DNA from: an uncultured Gemmatimonadaceae bacterium
GTDB lineage: Bacteria; Gemmatimonadota; Gemmatimonadetes; Gemmatimonadales; Gemmatimonadaceae
Direction: 5' to 3'
Assembly: GCA_963761305.1 (NCBI GenBank)
Contig: CAVXGK010000002.1
Span: forward strand, 1,824,001-1,888,000
Length of the DNA stretch: 64,000 bases
The translations under genes were made by a program, and so were the position numbers. Below, piece after piece: positions 1-9,089 of the stretch; the first letter of the stretch is position 1; each line of letters begins with the position of its first letter. The notes under the pieces are model-generated. The model had not been told where the DNA came from. It did no database searches and saw nothing but the letters and a program-made list of their open reading frames with translations.

Positions 1-853
1 CGACGAATCGCACGGCGCGAAATCCGGCCGGCGTCTCGGACGTGAGCGTACGCGCCGGCAATGGCCCGTACGCGTTGTTGCCGAGTCGCGGCGGGCCGTT
101 GTGCGACACGCGCGCCCACCCCGGATCGCCCTCGACCGGCACGCCGACCGACGCGAGCACCTGATCGTCGCGGACGATCATCGTGACGTCGTATACGCCG
201 TACTCGCCGTACAGCTCGCCCGCCGGCTGCAGCGCGTTCGGCTCCCACCCGCCGCGGTCGTAGACCGCGACCTTGGGATACCACTGCGCGAAGTCGTACG
301 CGCGTCCGCGCCGCCCCTGTCGCCGTGCCACGGTCGACGGCCGCGCATCCCACGTGAAGTGCACGCGCACCGAATCGTGCGGCGCCAGCGGGCGTGGCAA
401 TCGAAAATGCGCGACCGTGCTGTCGGGCGCGCCCGGGTAGTCCACCATCACCGGCGTTCCGTCCACCGTCGGCGCCTGCGTGAGGCGCTCATAGCCATAG
501 TCGGGGTCGGCGAGATTCTGAAAGCGGACGCGATTCTCCTTCTCGTCGCGCGCGCTCCACTTGGAGCCCGGCCGAAACGCATTCAGATACTGGTGCACGA
601 ACATCTCGCGCAGCGTGTCGGGCGAGTTGTTGGTGTACGTCAGTATGGCTTCGGACTCGAGCTTGGCCTGCGCCTCGTCGAGCTTGGCCACGATCTCGTA
701 GTGGACCCGCTGCTGCCAGTAGCCGAGTGTGTCGCCGGAAGGCGGCGACGTCGCGCCACGAAAGGGCGCTGAGTGGGGTTGTTGTTGAAGGGACGCGGAC
801 GCGACTTGGAGGGGAGACGCCGCGAGCGACGCGGCAACGGCAAATGCGAGCAT
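1..853 (-). CDS. M1 family metallopeptidase, N-terminal part (truncated by window edge)
   Basis: Manual translation from ATG at 853: MLAFAVAASLAASPLQVASASLQQQPHSAPFRGATSPPSGDTLGYWQQRVHYEIVAKLD...YTNNSPDTLREMFVHQYLNAF; signal peptide plus YWQQ/YxNxSPDTL motifs shared with the M1 peptidase at 41135-43060. Not in ORF track because it has no stop in the window. Confidence 0.8.
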   Translation of the reverse strand, partial: MLAFAVAASLAASPLQVASASLQQQPHSAPFRGATSPPSGDTLGYWQQRVHYEIVAKLDEAQAKLESEAILTYTNNSPDTLREMFVHQYLNAFRPGSKWSARDEKENRVRFQNLADPDYGYERLTQAPTVDGTPVMVDYPGAPDSTVAHFRLPRPLAPHDSVRVHFTWDARPSTVARRQGRRGRAYDFAQWYPKVAVYDRGGWEPNALQPAGELYGEYGVYDVTMIVRDDQVLASVGVPVEGDPGWARVSHNGPPRLGNNAYGPLPARTLTSETPAGFRAVRFV

Positions 854-917
854 GTCCGATTGATTCGTGTTAGGCTACTTGCAAGGGCGGGGCTCCACGG
901 ATCACGTTCAACGCTCA

Positions 918-1964
918 ATGTACTCGACGTGCATCTTCTGCAACCATTCGCTCGGCGCCAATAGGCGCGTCGAGCACTTCCCCGTCGGCGGCCGGCTCGC
1001 CTTCGACGGCGCGAAGGGCAGGCTCTGGGCCGTGTGCCAGGTTTGCCAGCGATGGAACCTCTCACCGCTCGAGGAGCGCTGGGAGGCGATCGAAGAGTGC
1101 GAGCGACTATTCCGCGGCACGTTTGTTCGCGTCTCGACCGACAACATCGGCCTGGCTCGACTCGCCGACGGCCTCGAGCTGATTCGCATCGGCCAGCCGC
1201 TGCGACCGGAGTTCGCCGCGTGGCGATACGGGCGTCATTTCGGGGCGAGACGGCGCCGGCTCGCTTTGATGGGCGGAGCAGGCGTCGCCAGCGCGGCGGT
1301 TGCCGGCATCGCGCTCGGGCCCACGCTCGCGCCGGCGCTCGGACTCGGCGCCATCTCGATCGTCGCCATTCCGGGGATCACGACGATCATGGGCGTCGTG
1401 CCGATGGTCGGCATCCTCGCCGTGCGCGACTACATCCAATACGACCGCGTCGTGGCGCGATTCGCCCAGGGCAAGCGCGTCGTGACCGTGCGCGCGAAGC
1501 ACATTGGCGACGTCGAGCTCGACGTGGGCGCCGAATCGGGGCACGCGTCGCTCGTCGTCCATCACGACACGGGCTGGACGGAATTCAAGGACGCCGCGGC
1601 GATTCACGCGACGTCGGTCATCATCTCCGGCGCGAACCGCTACGGCGCGGACAACGCTCGCGTTCAGGATGCCGTGCGCGAGATCGAGCACGCCGGCGAC
1701 GCCGCGAGCTTCCTCTCCGCGGCGTCGAGACGCAACTCGTGGCGCGGCGGGCGCCTGATGTCGCTCGTCAACCGATACAGACAACTCGGCGCGATGAAGC
1801 TCTCGCCGATCGAGCGGCTCGCGCTCGAGATGTCGGTGCACGAGGAAAACGAACGGCGAGCCCTCGAGGGAGAGCTCGCCGTCCTCCACACTGCGTGGCG
1901 CGATGCGGAGCAGATCGCCGCCATCTGCGACGACGATCTGACCCCGCCGAAGCTGTATCAGTAG
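918..1964 (+). CDS. Hypothetical membrane protein with N-terminal Zn-ribbon-like CxxC pairs
   Basis: MYSTCIFC...WAVCQVCQRWNL, central hydrophobic segment, C-terminal ALEMSVHEENERRALEGEL; GC3-biased codons. Confidence 0.8.
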   Translation: MYSTCIFCNHSLGANRRVEHFPVGGRLAFDGAKGRLWAVCQVCQRWNLSPLEERWEAIEECERLFRGTFVRVSTDNIGLARLADGLELIRIGQPLRPEFAAWRYGRHFGARRRRLALMGGAGVASAAVAGIALGPTLAPALGLGAISIVAIPGITTIMGVVPMVGILAVRDYIQYDRVVARFAQGKRVVTVRAKHIGDVELDVGAESGHASLVVHHDTGWTEFKDAAAIHATSVIISGANRYGADNARVQDAVREIEHAGDAASFLSAASRRNSWRGGRLMSLVNRYRQLGAMKLSPIERLALEMSVHEENERRALEGELAVLHTAWRDAEQIAAICDDDLTPPKLYQ

Positions 1965-1973
1965 ACCTGCCGC

Positions 1974-4667
1974 TTAGGGCACGACCGCGGCGTTCACCGG
2001 CTCCTTCTTCTGCGGGCTCTTCACGTAGATGTCGAACCACGCGATCCAGCGCGCCCACTGATCGAGGTCCGACTCCCGCGTCGCTGGGCCGTGATCCTCG
2101 TACGGATACATGTAGAGCGCGGCCTGTTTTCCGAGCCCTTGAAGCGCCTGCATCATGCGCACTGAGCTCGTGAGATCCGTGCCGTTGTTCTGATCCTCGA
2201 GCGAGTGGTACATGAGGAGCGCGCCGCTCAATCGGTCGGCAGAGAGAAACGGCGACATGTCGAGGTACGTGTCCTTCCCCTCCCAGATCGTGCGCCGCTC
2301 GTTCTGGAACCCGTTGGGCGTGAGCGTGCGGTTGTACATGCCGTCGCCCGCGATGCCCGCCTTGAAGTACGGCGTGTGCACCATCGCGTTCACGGTGCTG
2401 AACGCGCCGTAGCTGTGACCCCAGAGACCGACGCGGTCGCGGTCCAGATAGCCGGCTTTCTCCACCGCCTCGAGCGTCAGATCGAGGTCCTCGCGCAACT
2501 CGTCGACGTAGTGGTCGTTCATCCGACCTTGCGGGCCTACAATCGGAATGTCCTGCGGCTGAATGACGACGTACCCTTGCGTCACCCAGATCTCCGGCCC
2601 GCGCGGGCCCACGTTCGGGAACGCCTCGACGTTCGTCGTCCGGCGGCGCTGATCGTATTCCGCTTGCGTCGTGAATTCCGTCGGATAGAACCAGATGATG
2701 CCGGGAAGGCGCGTGCCTTCACGGTAGTCCTTGGGCAGGGTCACGTCGATGTCGAACTTGTAGCCGTCGCGCGGCCGTGTGACCCACAGTCGCTTGCGAA
2801 TCGCGCCGGTCACCTCGGGCGCGAAGTCGACGTTCTTCGTCAGCTTGGTGTCCGCACCGCTCGCGACGTCGTGGAGATACGCGTCGGGAACGAGCTGCGG
2901 AGACTGTTTTGTGATGACGATCTTCTTATAGTCGTCGTCGATCGGACCGACGACCGTCTCGTCGATGTCGGCTTTGCTCTCGAACAGGCGCGTCTTGGCG
3001 CCCGACTCGATGTCCACGCGGTCGACGAAGTTGTGCGGGGCCGCGGTCGCCCAATCGCGGAAGTACTGCGTCCCCTCGAGATACACGCTCTTGCTGTCGG
3101 ACGAGAGGCGAACGACTGGCAGGCCGCCGGCGTTGCGCGTGGTCTGGAGCGCGCCGGGATTCGTGTAGAACGTCGAGTCCGCGCCGGCGCCACGGCCGCC
3201 CGCTCCGCCGCCGCCGAAACCGCGTCCGCCACGCCCGCTCGCGATCGAACCACCCTTCGCGATCTCGTAGTGCTTCGTCGGATTGTCGAGCTTCACGGCG
3301 TAGAGATCGTTGCCCTGGTTGACGAACAACATCTTGCCGTCCGGACTGAACTCGGCCGACGTGATCCGGCCGTCGGCCTCAAAGATCGGCTTTGCGTCGC
3401 TCGGCCCAAATGGCGGCGACCAGATGTAGACGCGATCCTTGGACAGCGCTCCGCCGCCGGCACCGCCTCCCGCCCGGCCACCGCGGCCGCCTCGGCCGCG
3501 ACCAGCCGCACCTTCCCCGGACCCGCCGCTCTCGCCTTCGAGATACACGAGGCCCGGACCCGTCGGATTCCACGCGAGATCACGCTTCCCCGTGTCCGCC
3601 GCCGCGCCGCCCCCCCCCCGACCCGCGCCGGCCGCGCGCGCCGAGTCCGACGTGTTGCGCTCGCCGTCGTTGAGGTCACGCTTGGCCAACTGCGTGATCA
3701 CCGCGCCGTTGGCGTCCCAGAGCTGCTCGACCGTGCCGAAGTTGGACACCGGCACGAGGTGCGAGTATGGCTTGCTCTGCAATGTCACGCGGAAGTGCGC
3801 GCCGTCCGGCGACGCGTCCAGCGCCGTGATGAGCGCCGGGACGCCGATCTTCTTGATCGTTTTCGTCTTGACGTCGATCACGGCCAGCTGGCCCGTCGTG
3901 TAGTAGTCCACGAGATCGAAGTCGTGCTGGTCCTCGAGCAAGCTCTGATAGTTGCGATTCACCTTCGGCTTGTTCGGATCGCTCGTGCGGATGAGCGGAC
4001 CGGTCGCGATGCCTTCCTGCGGTTCGGCGCCCCGATTGTCCGGAATCAGCACGGTGGCAATCGCCTTGCCGTTCGATGTCCAATCGACCGTCGTCACGCG
4101 AGTCGCGAGCAACGGCTTGGTCGTGATCTGGACGGATTTTCCGCTCGCCACGTCGGCGACGAAGATCTGCGTCGACGCGTCGAACGACGCGATGTAGGCG
4201 ATCGACTTGCCGTCGGGCGACCACGTCGCGCCGTTCACGATCGCGCCCTTTGGCGTCTCCAGCGTGCGGCTGGCGCCGGTGAGCGGATCGATGAGCGTCA
4301 GGCCGACGCTGCCGCGCGTCGTCAGCGCGCGCGCTCGGTTGGCCTTGAAATCCACCTCGAACCCGGTGCTCAACCGGTAATGCGGCTTGCCGAACGCCTC
4401 GATCGTGGGAAGTCCTTCGCTCTCAGCCTTGAGGAAATACTTATGATCGGGACTCGGGTTCGTGAACGCCACGGCGTTGCGCGGCGTGGTCACGATCCGT
4501 TCGACGATCTCCGGCGGTTTGACGTACGTCTCCTTCGCCAGGACCTCTTTCGGATTCCAACCCTGTTGAGTGACCGTCTGCGCCGAAAGCGGCGCGGCGA
4601 GGGCGAGACCGGCAATGCCGATCAGGGTGCGCGACGAGGCGCGAACAACTCCGGACAAGCGCGTCAT
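1974..4667 (-). CDS. S9 family (prolyl oligopeptidase-like) serine peptidase, secreted
   Basis: Signal peptide, WSPDG/FSPDG propeller repeats, GHSYG nucleophile motif, C-terminal YPYEDH. Confidence 0.9.
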   Translation of the reverse strand: MTRLSGVVRASSRTLIGIAGLALAAPLSAQTVTQQGWNPKEVLAKETYVKPPEIVERIVTTPRNAVAFTNPSPDHKYFLKAESEGLPTIEAFGKPHYRLSTGFEVDFKANRARALTTRGSVGLTLIDPLTGASRTLETPKGAIVNGATWSPDGKSIAYIASFDASTQIFVADVASGKSVQITTKPLLATRVTTVDWTSNGKAIATVLIPDNRGAEPQEGIATGPLIRTSDPNKPKVNRNYQSLLEDQHDFDLVDYYTTGQLAVIDVKTKTIKKIGVPALITALDASPDGAHFRVTLQSKPYSHLVPVSNFGTVEQLWDANGAVITQLAKRDLNDGERNTSDSARAAGAGRGGGGAAADTGKRDLAWNPTGPGLVYLEGESGGSGEGAAGRGRGGRGGRAGGGAGGGALSKDRVYIWSPPFGPSDAKPIFEADGRITSAEFSPDGKMLFVNQGNDLYAVKLDNPTKHYEIAKGGSIASGRGGRGFGGGGAGGRGAGADSTFYTNPGALQTTRNAGGLPVVRLSSDSKSVYLEGTQYFRDWATAAPHNFVDRVDIESGAKTRLFESKADIDETVVGPIDDDYKKIVITKQSPQLVPDAYLHDVASGADTKLTKNVDFAPEVTGAIRKRLWVTRPRDGYKFDIDVTLPKDYREGTRLPGIIWFYPTEFTTQAEYDQRRRTTNVEAFPNVGPRGPEIWVTQGYVVIQPQDIPIVGPQGRMNDHYVDELREDLDLTLEAVEKAGYLDRDRVGLWGHSYGAFSTVNAMVHTPYFKAGIAGDGMYNRTLTPNGFQNERRTIWEGKDTYLDMSPFLSADRLSGALLMYHSLEDQNNGTDLTSSVRMMQALQGLGKQAALYMYPYEDHGPATRESDLDQWARWIAWFDIYVKSPQKKEPVNAAVVP

Positions 4668-4796
4668 TTCTGACTCCAGCAGCGAAGGGGCCACGGGTGG
4701 GCGCGGGGAAGAGACAGGACGGATATCTCAGCCCCCATTATACGGAAGGCGCGCACCGTCTGCTGCCGGTGCGCGCCCTCGCCATTCCAGTCGTTC

Positions 4797-4838
4797 TCCG
4801 GTCCACCGGTCCACCGGTCCACCGGTCCACCGGTCCGC
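4797..4838. repeat. Tandem octamer REP-like repeat (GGTCCACC)n
   Basis: ccggtccaccggtccaccggtccaccggtccaccggtccgcc directly after the atpH stop. Confidence 0.85.
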
Positions 4839-5378
4839 CTACCTGCCCAGCATTCTTCCCCGTAGGATCGCCAATCGCCGTCTGACCGACCCGTCCAACA
4901 CCGTATCTCCGACCCGGACCACCACCCCACCGAGCACATCCGGATTCACGTGGAAATGCGGAACCACCGTCTTGCCGAGTGCGCGGGACAGGTGCGACGT
5001 GACGAGCTCCCGATCCCGCTCATCCGCTTCCCGGGCGACCGTCACCGAGGCGTGGACCCGGCCCTCGACCTCGTCCACGAGGTCATGGTACTGGTGGGCA
5101 ATCGCCGGGATGAGCATCTGCCGGCGGTGATCCACCAGCGCCATCAGGAACCGCACGAATGTCCGCGGCAGTGACGCGCCGTAGGCCTTCAGGATGATGT
5201 CGTTTTTCTGCCGGCTGCTCACCCGCGGCGACTCCAGGAAAATCCGTAGGCGGCGGTCGGTCTCCACGGCGTTCGAGACGCTGTCGAACATCTCGCCCCA
5301 GCCGCGCAGGTCCCCGGCGCGCTGGGCCAGCTCGAGCAGCGCTTCGGCGTAGTTCCGAGCGATCGTCGTTTCGCGCAT
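4839..5378 (-). CDS. atpH: ATP synthase F1 subunit delta
   Basis: MRETTIARNYAEALLELA...LGGVVVRVGDTVLDGSVRRRL, OSCP/delta signature; follows atpF. Confidence 0.95.
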   Translation of the reverse strand: MRETTIARNYAEALLELAQRAGDLRGWGEMFDSVSNAVETDRRLRIFLESPRVSSRQKNDIILKAYGASLPRTFVRFLMALVDHRRQMLIPAIAHQYHDLVDEVEGRVHASVTVAREADERDRELVTSHLSRALGKTVVPHFHVNPDVLGGVVVRVGDTVLDGSVRRRLAILRGRMLGR

Positions 5379-5983
5379 CAGTTGCCGACCTTGACGGTCC
5401 CGATGGACGACAGGTAGGACTCGACGAGCTGGCGGTTCTTCGCCGACTCGAGGTTCTGCTCGATGACCTTGCTCGCGCCGGCCAGCGCGAGATCGACGGC
5501 TTCACGACGCAGTTGGGCGATCGCGCGGTCCTTCTCGCTCTCGATCTCCCGCCGAGCACGTTCCAGCATTTCCTGCTGTTCGCGACGCGTTTGCTCGAGC
5601 AAGTCGGCGCGCATCTTCTCGGCCACCGACCGTCCGTCGGCGATCAGTTTCTGCGCCTCGCCGCGCGCCGCGTCGATCTGCGCCTGATGCTCGGCGAGCA
5701 GCTTGGCGGCGGCTTCGCGGTCTGCCTTCGCGGCGTCGAGCGCCGCTTCGAGCGCCTTCTCGCGTGCCTCGACCGCGGCGGTGATCGGACCGAACGCGAA
5801 CCGTCTGAGGATGAAGAACAGGATCCCGAAGATGGCCAGCGTCCAGAACATCAAGTTCAGCTGGAGATTGACCAGTCCACCGCCGGCCGCGTGTGCGGCG
5901 GGCGCGCCTTCCTGAGCGAAGGCGGCTGTCGCCGTCGCCGCGTTGGCGACGAACAGAGTCATCGACCAAAAACGCATGCGCAT
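5378..5983 (-). CDS. atpF: ATP synthase Fo subunit b
   Basis: LMFWTLAIFGILFFILRRFAFGPI TM segment then charged coiled coil (...REIESEKDRAIAQLRREAVDLALAGASKVI); start uncertain (5983/5977/5992). Confidence 0.93.
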   Translation of the reverse strand: MRMRFWSMTLFVANAATATAAFAQEGAPAAHAAGGGLVNLQLNLMFWTLAIFGILFFILRRFAFGPITAAVEAREKALEAALDAAKADREAAAKLLAEHQAQIDAARGEAQKLIADGRSVAEKMRADLLEQTRREQQEMLERARREIESEKDRAIAQLRREAVDLALAGASKVIEQNLESAKNRQLVESYLSSIGTVKVGN

Positions 5984-6051
5984 GAGATTCATCTCGACTC
6001 GAATTGGATGGACTCGGCCGCCGCCCCCGGGGGCGGCAGCCGGTCGAAGCA

Positions 6052-6336
6052 CTAGAAGTACGTCTTGAGCTGGATCAACAAGCACACGACGACGCTGAAC
6101 AACGCGACGCCTTCGATGAGCGCGGAGAGAATCAGCGCGCCCGTCTGAATGGTGCCGGCGATTTCGGGCTGTCGCGCCATGCCTTCGGTCGCGCCAGCGC
6201 CGATTCGCCCGATTCCGATGCCAGCGCCGATCGCGGCCAGACCAGCGCCGACCCCGGCACCCAACATCGCCCAGGCACCCGTGTACGCCGGATTGAAGCC
6301 TCCAACGGCGGCCTGAAGCAGCGGCAGAATTGCCAT
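6052..6336 (-). CDS. atpE: ATP synthase Fo subunit c
   Basis: GAGLAAIGAGIGIGRIG, RQPE loop, ALIEGVALF ion-binding Glu. Confidence 0.95.
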   Translation of the reverse strand: MAILPLLQAAVGGFNPAYTGAWAMLGAGVGAGLAAIGAGIGIGRIGAGATEGMARQPEIAGTIQTGALILSALIEGVALFSVVVCLLIQLKTYF

Positions 6337-6519
6337 ATCAGTTCTCCAATCGAAACAGCGGTTCACATCCGTTGCTCCGCACCAACCGGCGAGCGATTCC
6401 GCCGACAAGTGCCGCCCGTCAACGAGCCCCGGGGCTCAACGGGCATCGCCAAGCATTCGCCTGGCTACTTCTGCGGCGGGTGAAGCGGATCCGCCACAGT
6501 CCTGCGTCGTCTGTTGTCG

Positions 6520-6552
6520 CGGTCGACCGGTCCACCGGTCTACCGGTCTACC
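6520..6552. repeat. Octamer REP-like repeat between atpB and atpE
   Basis: ggtcgaccggtccaccggtctaccggtctacc. Confidence 0.75.
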
Positions 6553-7505
6553 TAGTGATGTGCCGCCCGAATCTGCCCGATGAACACAGCCGCGAGCAGC
6601 GAGAAGATGAAGGCCTGGATGAACGCGACCAGGATCTCCAGGACCATGATGAACAGCGCCATCAGGAGCGCGAGCGGAGCGAGCGCGAACACGATCCACC
6701 CGGCCATCATGAAGATCAGTCCGATGAGCGCGAGAATGATCACGTGCCCGGCGATCATGTTCGCGAAGAGACGGATCGTCAGCGCGAACGGCTTGGTGAA
6801 CTTTCCGACGATTTCCACCGGCGTCATGATGATGGTCATCGCCTTCATCGCCGGATGCCCTTTCGGCCAATAAAAGATCGTCCCGAGGTAGGCGGGGCCC
6901 AGCGCCTTCATTCCGGCCGCCTCGATCACGACGAACGTGATGATGGCGAGCGTCGCCGTCACGGCGATGTTGCCGGTCGGCGTCGATCCGTAGGGGATCA
7001 ACCCGAACAGGTTGCAGACGAGAATGAAGAAGAAGAGCGTGAGCACGAACGGGACGTAGCGCTCGCCGCCGTGGCCACCCAGCACCGGGATGTAGATCTC
7101 GTTGCGGAGGTAGAGAACGACGGCCTCGAGTCCGGCCGCGAAGCCTTTCGGTCGCCCCTCGCGCTCCGTGCTTCGGACGTGAGAGCGCGCCGTCCAGATC
7201 AGGACGACGCAGAGCAGGAACGCCGCGAAGAGCATGAAGAAGATGTGCTTCGTGAGCCCCATGTCGAACGTGTGGCCGGCGATCGTCACGTTGTGCGTGG
7301 CGAACGTGTACTCGCAGGCCCACTCGCGGAGGTTCTTCACGCACGGGAACTCGATCGTCTTCGAGTCCGTGATGTGCGGCATGATGATGTCGGCGGGTCC
7401 GAGCTGCTTGGCCAGCGGACCGCCCGGTTCCTGCGCGGAGACGACGGCCGGCAGGACCAATGCGCCTGCCGCCAGCCATCCCAGGAGTCGCGAACGAAGA
7501 GTCAT
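6552..7505 (-). CDS. atpB: ATP synthase Fo subunit a
   Basis: KPFALTIRLFANMIAGH and LEILVAFIQAFIFSLL motifs. Confidence 0.96.
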   Translation of the reverse strand: MTLRSRLLGWLAAGALVLPAVVSAQEPGGPLAKQLGPADIIMPHITDSKTIEFPCVKNLREWACEYTFATHNVTIAGHTFDMGLTKHIFFMLFAAFLLCVVLIWTARSHVRSTEREGRPKGFAAGLEAVVLYLRNEIYIPVLGGHGGERYVPFVLTLFFFILVCNLFGLIPYGSTPTGNIAVTATLAIITFVVIEAAGMKALGPAYLGTIFYWPKGHPAMKAMTIIMTPVEIVGKFTKPFALTIRLFANMIAGHVIILALIGLIFMMAGWIVFALAPLALLMALFIMVLEILVAFIQAFIFSLLAAVFIGQIRAAHH

Positions 7506-7852
7506 GATCGAATCAGCAGTGGATCGAGCAATGATGACGCGAACAGTAGAGCAGCCAGCGAGACGAGCGCGGCGACGGGCGGCAGCTTGAACGCCAGCGC
7601 CACCAGCAGCGCGTACCCAATGAGTCCGATGAACCGCACCAGCGCGCCGGCTCCCATCCGGGCCAGGAGGCCGGCGAAGCTCACCGCGCGTCCGACGGCA
7701 AACGCGACGAGCTGAAGGACCACCGTCACCGCGGCGCTGATCCAGACCGCCGACCGGTCGCCCGGTCCCCGAAAGGCCAGGCTGAGGATTCCGGCTCCGA
7801 TGACGGCCACCGCCACGACGACCAGCCCGTGCCGCGCAAGTGCTTTGGTCAC
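7502..7852 (-). CDS. atpI: ATP synthase protein I-like membrane protein
   Basis: 116 aa, four hydrophobic helices, overlaps atpB start (ATGA) and atpZ stop. Confidence 0.65.
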   Translation of the reverse strand: MTKALARHGLVVVAVAVIGAGILSLAFRGPGDRSAVWISAAVTVVLQLVAFAVGRAVSFAGLLARMGAGALVRFIGLIGYALLVALAFKLPPVAALVSLAALLFASSLLDPLLIRS

Positions 7853-8169
7853 CTACCCCGCCCGGTCCCGTCGCCAGATTGGTCCTGGGCGACGACGTCC
7901 TTTGACTTCCGTTGAGCCGCTGTAACGCGCCGATACATCGAGTAAAAGCCGCCAGCCGCGCCGACGAAAACGAAGACGATGAGGAGCCACGGAGACGTGC
8001 CTAACCTGCGGTCGAGCCAGACGCCGGCGAACGCGAAGATCAGGATCGTGAAGGCGAATTGGAGGCCGATTCCGGCAAATTCCGCCCCCGACACCGTCCC
8101 TGCCGCGCCCCGCCGTGTGGGGTTTCCACGCGTGCCGGAGCCCTCTGGCGTGTCCCGCTTGTGGTCCAT
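7849..8169 (-). CDS. atpZ: AtpZ/AtpI family small membrane protein
   Basis: GLQFAFTILIFAFAGVWLDRRLGTSPWLLIVFVFVGAAGGFYSMYR, typical of ATPase gene-1 family; first gene of atp operon. Confidence 0.85.
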   Translation of the reverse strand: MDHKRDTPEGSGTRGNPTRRGAAGTVSGAEFAGIGLQFAFTILIFAFAGVWLDRRLGTSPWLLIVFVFVGAAGGFYSMYRRVTAAQRKSKDVVAQDQSGDGTGRGR

Positions 8170-8190
8170 TCGCCAGGAGAATTTACGGGC

Positions 8191-8208
8191 TTGTGAAATT
8201 TTTCGCAA
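8191..8208. promoter_or_regulatory. Probable Rex operator upstream of atp operon
   Basis: TTGTGAA-ATTT-TTCGCAA, one mismatch from Rex consensus TTGTGAA-N4-TTCACAA, 21 bp upstream of the atpZ ATG. Confidence 0.7.
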
Positions 8209-8406
8209 GCAAACCTGGCGGTCTGCAAACCGCCTTGCCAATTACCGGACGACGGTTGGTAAGTCGATGCACGGCGGCATTTTCGACGGTTGCCACTCAT
8301 GTTGACTGTTCGTCCAGCCGTTGATAGGTTAGCGCACGCCCGACTTTTGAGCGCATCCCGCCATTTTCGCTCATCCGGGGAGCTACCTACGCTGCCACCG
8401 GGATTC

Positions 8407-8946
8407 ATGAACATTCGCTTGGCCATCGCGTTGGCTTTCGCAGGCGCACTCGCGTTCGCCTGTAGTCCGCGCTCGCGCTCCGCATCGCAATCAGGGCCGA
8501 CGGCACTTGCCACCGCGTTGCCGCTGAAGAGCGCCAGTGCCGCCAGCGCAACCACCGAAATCGCCGAACGACCGCATCGTCGCTCGACATCGTCGTCGAA
8601 GACCGAGCCGAAACTCGATTCCCGTTTCAACGTCACCGTTGCACCACGCGGAATCCAGTTCGCACTCGGCGTCACGAACGTCGGCAAGAAACACGTCGAG
8701 CTCACCTTCCGCAGCGGACAATCGTACGACTTCGTCGTCGTCGACTCGGTGGGCCGCGAAGTGTGGCGGTGGTCGAACGGCCGAATGTTCACGCAGGGCG
8801 TCCAGAACAAACAGCTGAGCACCGGCGACACGATGCACGCGCGGGAACTGTGGACGGCGCCGGTGCCGGGGCGCTATACGGCCATCGCCACGCTCAACAG
8901 CACCAACTTCCCCACCGAGCAGCGCGCCGACTTCGTCGTTCATTGA
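8407..8946 (+). CDS. BsuPI-like intracellular proteinase inhibitor domain lipoprotein
   Basis: Lipobox LAFAC; VELTFRSGQSYDFVVVDSVGREVWRWSNGRMFTQ resembles BsuPI domain. Confidence 0.75.
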   Translation: MNIRLAIALAFAGALAFACSPRSRSASQSGPTALATALPLKSASAASATTEIAERPHRRSTSSSKTEPKLDSRFNVTVAPRGIQFALGVTNVGKKHVELTFRSGQSYDFVVVDSVGREVWRWSNGRMFTQGVQNKQLSTGDTMHARELWTAPVPGRYTAIATLNSTNFPTEQRADFVVH

Positions 8947-9089
8947 GAAGACTCTAAACACTGGCCGCGTTGCGCCGGACAGCTCGGGCCGCCCCTGCAA
9001 GGCGGCCCGTCTCGTCTCCGGCATTGGACCGCCGCACCGCACCGGTTAGGTTGTCCCGGACACCTCAATCGCGACAGGAGCCCTTCGGC

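Noticed and set aside
3610..3619. C10 run (and G8 at 27661) as phase-variable frameshifts
   Set aside because: Both genes are in frame here; no evidence of switching from one sequence.
2205..4673. 822-aa + strand ORF
   Set aside because: Antisense shadow of the S9 peptidase, typical of high-GC DNA.
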